Shown here: positions 26,310-40,200 of the stretch, in pieces
Position numbering within the stretch: position 1 is the first letter of the stretch
How the letters are laid out: each line of letters begins with the position of its first letter
NCBI RefSeq assembly: GCF_004010195.1
Contig: NC_057753.1
Span: 754,330-818,329 of the forward strand
Direction of reading: 5' to 3'
DNA: 64,000 bases
DNA from: Chiloscyllium plagiosum
Lineage: Eukaryota
Notes under the pieces: generated by a model
Seen by the model: the letters and a program-made list of their open reading frames with translations, nothing else
Told to the model about the DNA's origin: nothing
The model's database searches: none
Made by a program: the position numbers and the translations under genes

Positions 26310-26780
26310 CTAGCTCAGTGGTTAGCACTGCTGCCTCACAGCTCCAGGAGAAAGTGAGCACTGCAGATGCTGGAGATCAGAGCTGAAAATACTGTACTCA
26401 TCCAAGGAGCAGGAGAATCGACGTTCCAGAAGAAGGGCTCATGCCCGAAACGTCCATTCTCCTGCTCCTTGGATGCTGCCTGACCTGCTGCACTTTTCCA
26501 GCAACACATTTTCAGCTCACAGCTCCAGGAACCTGGATATGTTTCCAGCTTCGGGGGACTGTCTGTGTGGAGTTTGCATATTCTCCCCGTGCTTGCGTGG
26601 GTTGCCTTCCAGGTTCGGTGAATGCTAATTGCCCATCGTGTTAATGGATGCATAGGTTAGGTGCATTAGTCAGGTAAATGTAGAGTAATAGGGTAGGGGA
26701 ATGGGTCTGGGTGGGTTACTGCTTGAATGTCGGTGTGGACTTGTTGAGCCAAATGGCCTGTTTCCACACTGTGGGGACTG
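26310..26780 (+). mobile_element. tRNA-derived SINE (HE1-like) containing a Penelope-derived insert (26350-26515) with 15-bp TSD
   Basis: A-box tagctcagtggttagcactgctgcctcacagc; body ctgtctgtgtggagtttgca; LINE-like tail; TSD ctcacagctccagga at 26335-26349 and 26516-26530. Confidence 0.85.
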
Positions 26781-28769
26781 TATGAAAACATGCATTTATA
26801 TGACCAGTCTAATTCAGTGTCTGTGAGAAACCGACCTATGTTGAAATAGAGTAATCGAGACCTACAGCACAATAAAAGTCCAGCTGCTCCAACTTGGGAA
26901 AAAGTGTGACTTATCCTTCGTTGTTCTCCTTCAACAGCAATAATATCTCCCCAGCGATAAGGATTCAAAAAATCACACAATTCTCCAGATGAGGTCTAAC
27001 AAAGCTGCGTTACAAATGAAACAACACTTCACTACACCTGCAATTAAATCCTCTTTTGATGAAAGCTAAAATTTTATCAACCTTTCTCATAGCTTGCTGC
27101 AAGCCTTCAGTGCATAATTGGGAAGGGTCCCCAAAGCCTTTTGTTCCTCTTCATTTTCCAACCTTTCATGATTTGGAAAATATGAAGCAGATCGTTGCTT
27201 TCCACAATAGTGAGTAATCTCTCATTTTCCCAGAACATTTTCAATCTGCCCTGACTTGATCAGTGTTTTAACTAAATTAACAAAAGCTCGTGGTCGATTT
27301 TACTTCATGCTTCATGGAACCACATCAAATGTTTTGTGCACGTGATTACTATTCTTTTGACATTTTCTGGATATTTTTATTTTTATCACTGTGAAATTCT
27401 TGGTTTCATATTGTTTAACCCGTTCGAAAAAAAATCCCCTAACATCGTCAATTTGACGCATAACATTCCAGGAAAAGAAAACCTCCTTCATGTTATATCC
27501 AGGTGTTCGTCTGATCAGCCATTTCGGACCATCTGCATCTTCGTGGAGATATCAGTCTTGATATCGATTATTTGCACCTTTCATTATTTCCTGTGCAGTG
27601 TTTATCTTAGTATACCAAATCCAATTTTACATGGTTGAGGACAGTCTTTAGCAGAGACAGATATTTCAATCAAGAGTGTGGAACCTACTTTACGCTGACA
27701 GGTTCACTCCTAATTTTCAATACTTGCTACTTTTTGGATTTTTACGAAATTATGTTCAATAATTGTAGACGCCTCAAAAATACGATTGATTGATGCAGAT
27801 GCGTACTTCCATCAGTGCAGTTGACTTATCACTATTTGCTCAATAGTGAGGAACAGCTGTTAATCTGCCGATAATGTTTACATCTTTAAAGACAGACAAC
27901 TATTGAGAATCTGTATTTTATCACAGAAACCTGAGTTTGTAAATCATCGTCAAGCTCTGAGACTGCAGGATACTGATCAGTTTCTGCACTATCAGCTCGG
28001 ATCAGACAGCTGTAAAGTTTCGATAAATTGTAGAATGTATCGGCATAGTGCAAGTTATTGCGCTGATTAATATTTGATATTTAAATTGAATGTTGTTCTC
28101 TGCCATTTATTTCTAATACTTTTAAGAATTTGTCAAGATTAATTTTCATTGTCATAATTGTGTACACTTATACAATTACTGAATGATCTTGATTTTGGTT
28201 AAACTCCAAAACACATCACTGATTTGCTTTGTGTTAAATGTCTGTTTTACAGGAAGGCATAGCAGAATTGAGATGTCTATCAAGGAGATTTCCAATGCAT
28301 CTCTTAATTTACTTGATGTCAACGACTAATTGCTTTGAGAGCAAAGTCTGACTGAGACACTGAGATACAATCTGAAATAGTGATGTCTGGTGCAACCTGA
28401 CCTCTCAATTCTATCTGCAACAAATAATTATCAACCAGATAGCAATTGATTTAAAATGAACTCAGTCCGAGGGACAGAATATAAAACAACTTCGTGGCTT
28501 CAATAAATATTTGGAAGTACTGGACACCGCAACAGCTAATGTTCCCACCAATGTCCGCACAGTAGTTACAAAGATAAATGCTCAATATCTTTCCAAGCAC
28601 TTCCAGCGCAACTTAAATGTTGTCAACTTCCAGCAACACAGAATCCTTCCCAGATACATCCTGTCCAAGAATACAGGGCAAAAATAAAAACAGAAGATAG
28701 CATCACAGTTGAGTGTTGTTAGTCGCTATAAAAAAAGGAAAATCTCAGTGATACTGCAATAACAATCGC

Positions 28770-29790
28770 ATGCTCTCAGGCTCTTAGCTCGCAACCTCAT
28801 TTCAACTGTACCTCAAATATGAAACTATGTGGCTCATCTACTTCTGTTTCTGGTTGTATATAACTCCCAGGATTGCTGGTAACGGGGGAATTCAGTGATT
28901 GTAATGCAATCAAGTGGTCATGGCAAGATCCTTTTTTGTTGCAGATGGATATTGGCTGACCATGTGAGAAGCTAATATTTGTCATTTTTGAGCCTAACCC
29001 TGGGCATTTTCCAGGTCGTGTTGCATTTGGCCAGATATTCCTTCAGTTTCTGTGGAGTTGTGAATTGTGCTCAATATTGTGTCTTCTTCAGCAAATATCA
29101 CACTTCTGCTCTGAAGACGATTAATGAAGCAGCTGAAGATGGTTGAATACATGATTGAGTAATTACTACAGAGATGTCTGGAGCTAAACTATCTGACTTC
29201 CAATAGCCACTGCCATCTTCCGTTTTACTTGGTACGAATCGAAGCAGTGAAGAGTTTTGATTCCCATTGATTTCAGTTTTCCGAGGGTTTCTTCATTCCA
29301 CACGAGATTAAATGTGGCCTTGATATGAAAGATCTTCTGCTTAACCTCTGGAATTCAGCTCATTTGTCCATATTTGAACGAAGACTGCATTGATGTCAGT
29401 ATCTAAGCAACCTTCACTGAAGTCATACTTACTGCAAAGCAATTGGTTCTTTTTTAACACTATTGAAGAGCCGTACCGTCACTTTGCAAGTGTTCGCGAT
29501 ATGCTGATGTGTAATAATTGGTCAAAGTGGAAAAAGAAATGGCAACGCAATTTTCATCATTGTTGGTTTGATGGCATTGTTGTAGCTTTACCAGAACAAC
29601 GAAGCTCGTGTGGGACAACAGTTTATGCAAAACAAGAATTGAGCACATTTGCAGGAACATTGTAAGTCCTCACTGAATTATCTGGGCCTCCCAAACATTT
29701 GATGATATGACCAGGAATGAATCGAAACTGAAGACTGACATCTTTGATTTCTGGGGCCTCTGCTGTAGCAGAACTTTAAGAAAAACTTGA
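28770..29790 (-). mobile_element. Old CR1/L2-type LINE fragment
   Basis: Decayed RT-coding sequence on the minus strand (DLSYQGHI..VWN, IFAEE-like segments). Confidence 0.55.
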
Positions 29791-31552
29791 CCACCTTCTC
29801 AAGGGCAAGAATGAATGGGCAGTAAGTGCTAGCTCAACGGCAATATACATATCCCACAAATTAACTAAAGAGAAACTAGCAGGACTCCAATTTTCAATGC
29901 ACATATTTATTTTGACAGAAATGGACATGATGTACTTGGAGTGACAATAAGCTACAAGTTTCCTTCCAAACGTCCAAAATAATATCGTGTTCTCTCTCGA
30001 ATTCAAGAAGCTGCAATGTAACTTTCTGACAGAAAAGTGGGAGCTTCTCCTGATATTATGAAGTGATTCTCGAAGATGTCATCCCATTATTTTCCCAGGG
30101 GTAATTTGGAACTGTAACCAAAACAGGACGAACCACTCTCGCTCTTTTATAAATGTAGAGTTTCATTATAAATTATAAAAGAAACTCTTATTACTCGAAC
30201 TAAAAGAAGTTACATAGCCAGTTCCAGCTCGTCACAAACATTCTCCCAGTTAGGTTTTGTTTTGTGGCAAGTTCTCAGTTGATATACATTGAAAAGCTTG
30301 TTCTGGACAGTAACTGATGTAAGGAACATTAGTTATTGATTATACGGGAGCAGGAATGTAAAGGCAATAAGAGATAAGAAACGAGCTAGTTCCTTCTTTT
30401 AGTTCCCTTATGACACAGAAACATTGGGCCATTTGTGGCATCGGGGCGAACCCGACTGTATGCTGCGGCGAACACTGCAACCATTAATTAGCTGAACTGC
30501 AGTTGGTATTTATGTTTAGAAAAGTTAAACATTTGAAACTGTGTTCATGCATTTGGTGCAGTTGTTCGGTTTGTTGAATTGCGGTCTCGCATAAAATATA
30601 CCAAGTCGTGTATTTGAAGTAATGAGGGTCGTTGAATCTACAACAGAACCTACATTTTTATAAGTGTTTCCCTGTCTCGTACCAGTTACAGAGCTTCACA
30701 AACAGTGAGTATTCTTGTAGGCACGGCAGTGAAATATTTATAGTAGATACATTGTTTTAGTCTTGACAACTAATTGTAAATATTATTTCCGGAAACATTT
30801 GTTTACATATTCCATCTTTAATATTCTTCCAGCATCATCCATAATTGCTACTGCATTCAAAATTGTTCCACTCTGGCATTATTAGGAATTCTAAGCATTA
30901 ATATGGAACCATTAATACAATCTGGTGAGGATTGTTTCAAGAACACCGAGATGCTGTGGATTCTGAATAGAGACCGATTTATGGGTGTTCTGACGAAAGT
31001 GTGACATTTCTGCTTAAAGTTTTTAGTGGAATAACTTAACATTAGGGTTATGTTTGTGCCTTGTAAGTGTACAAATGAGTTCTAACAGACGATAGAGGAA
31101 AATTAGAGCAGAATTATGAACTCCCAACTGACTGTATTCTCAATACTGTAAAATACTCTGCAAAATGTGTCTATATTGAAACGTAAGAACTTATGATTTG
31201 GGGCATCTATAAGTTCATTCAGGATACTCGATCTGCTCCATCGTTCGACCTTGGCTGACATGTCTCTCAACCCCAGTGTTTTCCTTTCTCTTCTTCTTAA
31301 TCATGACCCTCAATCCGTCCTATATACCCTCAAAGTTTTAGACTCCACAGACTTATGTGTTGAGGAGTTCCACTCTCTTGCTGAAGAAATTCCTCTCCAT
31401 CTTAATTCTAAAGGATCGTCCCTTCACTCTGAGGCTGTGCCTCTGGCCGAAGCCTGTTCTACGAATGAAATTAGCTTCTGCACATGCACTCTATACATGT
31501 CTCTCAGTTTTCGGTAAGATTCAATGAGACTCCACCCTTATCCTTCTAAGTT

Positions 31553-32630
31553 AAAAATCACAAAACACCAGGTTAAAGTCCAACAGGTTTATTTGGAAGC
31601 ACTAACTTTCGGAGAGCTGCTCCTTCATCAGGTGATTGTGGAGAATACGATCGAAAGGCAAAGAATTTATACCAAAAGTTTACAGTGTGCTATAACTGAA
31701 TTTATGTTTTGGAAAAGAACTGGATTGCTGGTTAACTCTCACATCTTTTAGAATGACAATGTTGGTTTCAGTTGTTTCATATGTAAATCGTAAAACCCTT
31801 TTTAAAAGTTACATTCCCAAGTACACTTTAACAATTTGTGTCATGTAGGCCCAGATAACGTTTTTAAATGTTAGCTCCTTGTGAGGCTGACTGTGTCACA
31901 ACGATCAGACTAATTCTTAGCTTAAAGAAAAAAACGGATTTACAGAATCTTATATGGATACATGCAGTTTTGAGAAAAGTAAAATGAAATTCTGCAAGTA
32001 CAAATTCACCCCACAAACTTATATGTTTATGTGTGCGTGTCTGTGTCTGTGGGCGAGGTGGAGGTGGGGTATATGAGTGTCAGGTACTCATGCGACTCAG
32101 CCAACGTTGTCTTTCTCATACTCTGCAGGCAAGGATGCTCTGAGGCATGGTTCATTGGCGAGACCAAGCAGAGGCCACGGCCACCGATGAAGGGGCCCTG
32201 CGCAGCAATCAACAGACAGGAGTGATCCCTCTCAGTCAGCGAACACTTCAGTGGTCCGGGACATTCGACCTCGGACTTTCGCGTGACCATCCTCCAAATC
32301 GGAGTTCTAGACAGGCAACAACAAAACGTGGCACAGCAGAACTTGGTAGCCAAATTGGGTACCCATGGGGATGGACTCAACCGGGACCTTGGGTTCATGT
32401 CACACTACAGATGTCCCCATTGCAATATACAGACAGACAGACAGACGGACACATGCACAGACAGACAAACACGCACAAACACACACAGACTTCAGACTCT
32501 CTTCAATACACTCACACATATTCTTCCACACGCACCCTCTTACAGACTTAAACCCATTTACCCTCATACCCACACACATCCCCACAACCTGTCACAGACG
32601 TTCATAACCCATCATATTTATTGCCGCCGA
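31553..32630. mobile_element. Penelope-like retroelement with inverted segment; GIY-YIG endonuclease remnant at about 32075-32415 (+)
   Basis: RYSCDSANVVFLILCRQGCSEAWFIGETKQ...EHFSGPGH..VTILQ..LVAKLGTHGDGLNRDLGFMSHY. 31553-32070 is terminal-repeat/3' UTR sequence, apparently in the opposite orientation. Confidence 0.85.
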
Positions 32631-33924
32631 GTAGTTCATTTATTTGACTTCCCAACCAAGACTGTCCCAATGAATCTCACCAAATCCAGGATTGCATGTT
32701 CCCTGGTGAGCTCCAACACATTCTGCACCAAAGAAAAACTCATGCGCATTTTATTAATTCCTTTTGTTGGGATTCGGTACCAACCTGATTTTCCCATTCT
32801 GCCAGAATATTGAAGTTCACCATGGTTATTGTAATTGTGCCTTTCTTATATCTCTTTTGTGTTTCCAGAATTATTTTCTGTCCCATATATTATCGGCGTT
32901 GTCATTATTGTCAACAAGCCTCAAGCCAGTGAGGTTGATTCGAAATTAAATCAAATGTGAGAGCATTCTGTTCATCTAATTGGTCGGACCCAAGAGTTGC
33001 TTGCATAATTGTTCTTCCACGTCCTCATTGGAAAAGAAACGAATGATTAGACAACATTTAATTATAAACTTTCAGTCTTGCTTCAATATGGCTGTATCAA
33101 ATTTTGCAGACATGTAGGTTATCTGGATCCAGGATTCAGCCATTTCAATTCGATTAGTACACAATCGGTTGTAAAGATCAACGAACCAATATTTTACTGA
33201 TGATCTGGCCTGCTCACATTATTTGAAGAACAGGTGATCTCCGTGAACATTCCTTGTACTAGTGCCAGCTTTTGAATTAACTAATTCTTCGCAAGAGACC
33301 GGACAGTAATAGATTATCATTAATCTTTTTTTTCTTAGACAAGCTTTTATCGTCTCCCATATTCGCACCTAACCACGTTAGACCTTCTGCACCAACGGGT
33401 ATTGAATGATCTGGGAGAGACCACGCTGGGGAATAATTTCACGATATCCCCACAGTCGCAAAAAGAAAGGCAATGGATTTCTGTAATTACGTACCACTTT
33501 TTAAACGTTCTGCTGAAGATAAATCATTTTCACATATCAAGGATAGAATTGTACCCAAGATCGAGCTATTCCAGACTTTCATTGTCCTTCATTGCGAGAG
33601 CGTTGGAGCAAGGCTTTGTTCTTGCCGTTACAGGGCCTTGTTGAGGCCACGCCTAGCTATTGTGGGCAGTTTTGGTCTCCATTTCAGAAGAACGATCTCT
33701 TGCTCTCGAGGGAATGTAGCCAAGACTTACCAGGAAAATTCTGGGAATGACGTGACTGACGTATGAGGAGAGATTGATTAGGTTAGGATTGTTTTCGCTG
33801 GAGTTCAGACGAATTACAGTCTGAGGACTCGTGGTGGGCCTTTTAGGATGGAGATGAGGAGATATCTCTTCACCAAAGTGTGGTGAGCCTGTAGAATTCA
33901 TTACCACAAGAAGTAGGTATCGAG

Positions 33925-34815
33925 TCATATAGATGTACAGCAAGGTAACAGACACTCTGGTGCAATACATTCACACAAATCAATTATCCAAAATAAATCT
34001 ACTCCCGTTTGCCAGCACTTGGCCCATAATCCTCCCAACTCCTCATCTTCCTATATCCATGCAGATGTGTTTTAAATGTTGCAACTGTACCCGCCTCCAC
34101 TACTTCCTCTGGTAGCTCATTCCATACATGCACCATCCTCTGAATGAAGGAAAGTTGCCCTTTGGTCTCTTTTAAACCTTTCCCAACTCAGCCTAAACCT
34201 ATGCCCTCTATTTATGGACACCAGGGAACAGACCTTGACCCTTTACCATATCTATGCCCTTCGTGATTTTATAAACCTCTTTAAAGTCATCCTTCCCATC
34301 GGAGGGAGACAAGAATTGCACACAATGTTCAAATGCGGCCTAACCAATGCCCTGTACGTCTGCAACAATGTCTCTGAACTGCTTTACTCAAGGTATATGA
34401 AGGCAAGCATCCCAAACGCATTCTTCATTATCCTACTTAACTGTGAATCCACTTTCAAGGAACTATGTACCTGCAAGTTAAGGTGTCTTTGTTGATCCAC
34501 ACTCACTAAGACTTTGCTATTAATTGTATAGGAACTGCTCTGATTTGTCTTTCTAAAATATAGCAACTTACATTTATGTAAATTAAACTTAATCTGGCAT
34601 CACCCGGCCCACTCGCCCATCTGATCAACATCCTGTTGTACTCTGAGGTAATTCTCTTTGCTGCCCACTACCCCTACAATTTTGGTGTCAACTCTATTCG
34701 TATCCAAATTTTTAAAATAGATGACGAGAAATAGTGCACCCAAAACCAGTCCTTGTGGTGCACCACTGGTCTCAGGGCTACAGCCTGAAAAGCAATACTC
34801 CATCACCATCCAAAA
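33925..34815 (-). mobile_element. CR1-like LINE 3' fragment nested in another LINE tail
   Basis: SGAPQGLVLGALFLVIY..DTKIVGVV RT segment (34600-34818 -) and 3' tail. Confidence 0.75.
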
Positions 34816-36159
34816 CATTGAAAGTATTCAAGAGGCTGCGAGGTATAACACTTAGTGCAATTGGGATCAAAGTTTATGGGGAAATATCATGATTAGGCTG
34901 TTGAGTTGATCGTGATGAATGTCATAGCAGGCTCGAAGGGCCGAATGGCCTCTTCCTATTCCGATATTGTTTCTGATACGCATTTTCTGCATTTGTCTTT
35001 CAGTGTTATTCGATTATTGAACATCATGTTCATGTTGTCTTGTTCACGAAGATATTATTTGACTTATCCTGTAGCGAGCTGGTTATGAAATTAGATTTTT
35101 TAGAACCCAATATAATATATCATTTTACCATAATCTGGACTCATGTCTATTTCTTTCCTCATTGAAGAATTCCTGTAACAAACAGGCATTTATGAGTGCA
35201 GGTGATAATAGAGGAACCCCACATAAGTGTTTCATAATTGACAACAACTAACAAAATAGCTCAGAAATCAGGCTTCCACTGATAAAGGGACAGAAACGAG
35301 AAAGTTTGTGATTTCAAAAGCAACCAGTTTGACTGTAACCTGGTGTCATGCGTCTTTTGAACTTTCCCACCCAGTCTAGCACAGGCATCACCAAAAAAAA
35401 AACTGGCTTTGCCGTAATATCAATCCCACAATAGGGAACATTCACGCCACTAAACAGCAACTTCTGCAATTTAAGCATTCTCAGACTCATGTGTGAACAT
35501 AGAAAAGGATTTTAGTGCATCTAGAGGGTGCGCAGAATATTTGCCCCGGCAGAAGGCACCGTCACTTTTAACTGAAAAGGAATAAGACTTTCACTGCAAT
35601 ATTGTTAGTGTGGTGGTAGATTTCCAGAAAATAGCTCTGCCTCTGAATGAAGTGGAATTGGGTGCCATACAAATCTCATTATTTTATTTGATTTATTTTA
35701 CGCCCATGAAAATTTATTTTTATGCCATGTCACGTTTCTCTACAATGGTTAAAAACGTCCCCTATCTTATTATTTTGTTTTCTATTATACAAACCTGTGT
35801 AAATTTATTTTGACTTATACATTAATTGGGACTATGTTTGCCAGTACAGTGATTACTTGTTCTACTTCGGAAACTTCTTCTAGGCCAAAACTACTAGACT
35901 CTGTTTTTGCCTGAAAAGGCTAAAATATTTGTGAAAGCCAAAATTGTTAAAAATTTACCCGAAATCACATCTCTACGGGACGATATGAGAAAATAACTGC
36001 ACTCCAACTTCCCTATAGGGAAAGTATGCGGTGAATTTTAGAGGACAACAGATTAGCTGGGAAGGCAACCAAATGACATTAACATGGAAATTCTGAAAAT
36101 TGGAGTCGCAGAAGACCAGTCCCTCTGAAATTGTTCCAGCATTCAATATAATCAATATA

Positions 36160-36470
36160 GTATCACAGAAGTCCTACAGTGTGTAAGCAGGTGATTCGGC
36201 CCATCAAGTCAACACTGACACTCTGACGAGTAACCCACCCAATACTCTTCATGTATACCTGATCTACACACCCCTGAACTCTATGGGCAATTTAATGAAA
36301 CCAATTCATCTAACCCACTGATCTTAAACTGGAACACCCAAAGCAAACCCATGCAGACACGGGTCGAATTCGCAAAAGCCACACAGACAGTTGGCAAAGG
36401 CTGAACGTGAACCCATATCCCGGGTATAGTGCAGCAACAGTGCTAACTACTGAGCCACCATGCCATCCAA
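36160..36470 (-). mobile_element. tRNA-derived SINE (HE1-like)
   Basis: Reverse complement of tggcatggtggctcagtagttagcactgttgc at 36435-36466. Confidence 0.75.
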
Positions 36471-37067
36471 CTGTCAGTCTGTCCATCCATGATGGAACAG
36501 TTCAATCAATCTCTGTACCCGGTTTCTCCCAAGCTGTTAAATCCATTTGTCCGAAAATCTATTTTTGAATTTGCCTAGAAAACCAGCAATGGTTCGGCCT
36601 CTACAATTTTCTCTAATAGGGAATCCGATCTGTTCACTCATCTCTTGGTGAAGAAATTTCTCGTGATCTTCTTAGAATTTTGTGACTATCCTTGAGATTT
36701 CCCTTAGTTGTTTGATCTCTAGTGAACATGGTCCGACTGAATTCAGTCTCTATGAGCAGATCCGTCCTGTTGTCCAAAGAATTAGTCTGGTACACAATAT
36801 GGGCAGATGAATTCTGCATATCAAAGAACATAATACATGCACATGGTTATGAAAAAAAGGAGTTTGAAGTATTTCATCATTAAGAGAAAAAACTAAATTG
36901 TAGGTAGGGCACTTTCTGGAAGGACAGAGAAAGGCTGCAGTGAGACAATCATTTGGCTTCGGTAACTTGTTTCCACTTGAAACACTCCAAAATCAATTGT
37001 TTTCCTTCCTACTTGAACAACACGAAGAACGTTTTGAATTTCATATGTATGGATGTCATTTTACATC

Positions 37068-37290
37068 GGGGATTGGTTTACTCCAGTTAGTTGGATCGTT
37101 GGTTTGCAGAACAATGTGATATCAACAGCGTGGGTTCAATTCCCATCCCCGGTTTGAAGTTGCCATAAAGGACTCTCCTTCTCAACCACGTCCCTTGCCT
37201 GACTTTTGGTGGCCATCAAATTAAATCACCACCAGTCGCTTCTCTATCAACAAAGAGCAGTCCCTCTGGTGTCACAGCCAGTCACTTTAT
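37068..37290 (+). mobile_element. tRNA-derived SINE
   Basis: A-box-like ttactccagttagttgg and B-box gggttcaattccc, followed by a non-tRNA body. A related truncated copy lies at about 19709-19785. Confidence 0.65.
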
Positions 37291-40200
37291 TCCTTTAATG
37301 TCTTTGGACATTCCATGGAATGCTGAAATTATGAAAATTGAGCTTAGAATGTATTTATCTGAAATAGACGATAGAGGTTTTCAGGTTTATTTTCACATTT
37401 GTTTTCTCTCACTGTAAACAGTGAAAAGATAATTGGATACTGTCTATGCCAGTTGCATTTACACGAAAAACACACACATTTAATATTTAAAACTTCCTAG
37501 CAGTATGAATTTAATGGTAATCTTCCAGCTAATTAGTCTCACTGGTTCCAACTTGTTAGTTCATTACCACTTCTGTCTGAATTTAAAGAGCTCTGTCATT
37601 TTTATCATTGTCGTCAAATATTAATCTATCTAATGCATTAGTTTTTTTCTGGGAAGTAACCATTATTTCATGGAAATTACTTTCCTTTCCAACAATCCCG
37701 GGAATGCTGCATTTATTATAAATCTTGCATGTCTAAAGTATATCTGTTTAATTTTTTTTTAAAAGAAACTATTAGGTATGGGCTTCGTCAGCTGAGGCAG
37801 CATTCTTTTTCGCTCCAGAAAATTCAGGGTTCAATGCACTTTACCCTATAAAATATGCTATAAACCTGACTACGTTCCTCATTGTGATTTCGCAATTTTA
37901 TTGTAGTTATTGACAAGTTGGACCAAGCCCGTCCTTCAATCGACATGCAATTTCATAAAATCTGTTACAACCTCTTGCTGCTCCACAGGGTTCATTAACT
38001 CTTCCTTTCTTAGAACGTCTTTCATACTACTGGGAAATTGTATCCTAACTTCATCTGATTTACAGTATTTTTTTTATGGACCTTATCATGCAACATCCAA
38101 GTACATATGCAGCATTCAAGTATCGGTCCCTTCAGGAGGGCTGTAAAGCCATTCCTCATAAGACAATTATTCAGTCCAGGGAATTGTCATTTAACCCTTT
38201 TCTGAACAGCTTCTGATGCACTAACATCTCGTGTAAATGAGTTGACCAATCGGACACATCACAGTCCAGGTGGAATCTTGCATGAACCTTGTTTATCTGA
38301 AAAAATAACCTCTGCACACTCACATCCAGTTTCCCATTTGATAAATGACATCATCGTTTTAGTGTTCTTAATTATTTGCTGGCCATATGTACTAAAATCA
38401 AGTGATCCACCCTCTGGGACACCGCCGTCTTTCTGCAACTCATAGTTGCCCAACATGTCACCATTTTGATTATTATTTTCTATTCCTCTTACCAAATCCC
38501 TACACTGCACGCTATTTTCTGTATTCTTACTCGTACGTGTCAAGATATTCTCGTAGTTTACTTGTGCCCCCTGATGACTTAACGCCCCTTTTATATTCAT
38601 GAGTGTTCAGTAAATTTGGCAAAGGGAACATGTCCCACTTCATCCAATACATAAATTACAAACAGTTGCAATTCCTTCTGGCAAACAACTTGCCAACTTT
38701 AGGTTTACTCCTACACACCTACTGCCACTTTCATCTAGCCAACTATTCTGCTGTCCATTTCAGTATTCCACCCTCCTCTGTCTTTCATTATCCACAATCA
38801 ACTTTGATGTAGCATTAAAGTGAATATTTATGGAAAATAAACACACACTGCAACCGACGATTCCCCTTTAATCCAGCAGATTTCTCAAATATGATTTGAT
38901 GTTCATAAAGCCATGATTTTTTTAACTTGTCCAGTTGCCCCTTATTTTAAATAGCTTCTAATATTGAAAACTGACATGTGCCAGTTCTTGCTCGCTGTCT
39001 CAAAATGTTTTGATAAGCTTGTTAAATGTGCTGTGTTGCAATCTAAAGGGCACTTCCAGAATTAGGGATGATGTGCAACAGTCAACCCAAAATATTCGTT
39101 ATTTCAGTAGCGTTATTATTTCAGACGTAGGGATAATGTCACGAGGGGATAGGCAGGTGTTGGCCTGCAGCTGCAACAAATTGCGCAGGACCGTTTCTTT
39201 GTTGCATGTCATTTCCCTTCTTTTGGTCTTCCTTTAATTTGCCGATTAATTGCTGTTGGTGAGATCTTGCTTGCATTCTCTGTCGTGAAAACTGGTGGAA
39301 AATGCATGTTCTATTCATTTTCTGTCTCCTGCGTTTGATAGCATGATTTGCCAAACATTCTCTTCCTGCATGACTAATGTTTACTTTGTAAATTATTTTA
39401 TTTATAAATACTTGCAGGACCTCGGCCTCTCTTTTTCCTTACTCTCTGGTTAGCTTCCTATCATGTTCTGATTATTCAATAGTTGTTTTTATTTTCATAC
39501 ATTTCGTTTTTGTAAATTTTAACATTCTGTCTAATTTTCTGACTTACCATCTGTTTATCTACAATCGCATCCATTTTCCTTCAGGTAGATATTATCTTAA
39601 AGCACAGATAGAAGGTCCGAAATTTAGAATATTCCTTACGCCTTGTAATGTATCTATTTAATTGCTCTGAAATGTCTCCTTGCACGTTTGCCACTTTATC
39701 ATGATTGAATTATCCTCCATCCGATTTTCCAATTCACTTCAGCCATCTCTGATTTCGTGCCCTCATAATATTCTTTTCGTAAAAACAACTGTTTTCTCTC
39801 CTTCAATTTGAATGTGTAATGCAATCATGTTAATGTTGCTGATCCCTAAGGGTGTCTTCGCAATGAGATAATGAATTAATCTTATCTGATTCCACCCCTG
39901 CAGGAGGTTCAATATAGGTCAAAAATATGCGATTCGAATGAATGATTGCAAACTCTTTTTCCGAGCTCCAGACGAAGGCTATCTTTGCATATCTGACTTT
40001 CAAAGTTATTTTACAGATAATATCTCGCATAATGATTGCCGTGATTTTCTGACAAGCTGCTATAATGTCTTCCTTTATGCTAGCCCTATTGTATTGTTAC
40101 ACATGGTGACCAGAACACCACTCCCACAAGTAACTTCTTGAACTGGTAATTTCTCAACTTTACTGAAAACCATTCCATGGGCTGCTTTTCTGAACTGGGG

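Noticed and set aside
27387-27393. Isolated CACTGTG heptamer
   Set aside because: No nonamer at 12 or 23 bp and no J-like coding sequence after it.
35549-35575. J-like AEGTVTFN string (ggcaccgtcact)
   Set aside because: No upstream heptamer or nonamer, no GT donor, and poor fit to YGxGTxxTVN.
35978-35987. GGACGATATG, like the VNAR 'GRY' codons
   Set aside because: The flanks show no V framework.
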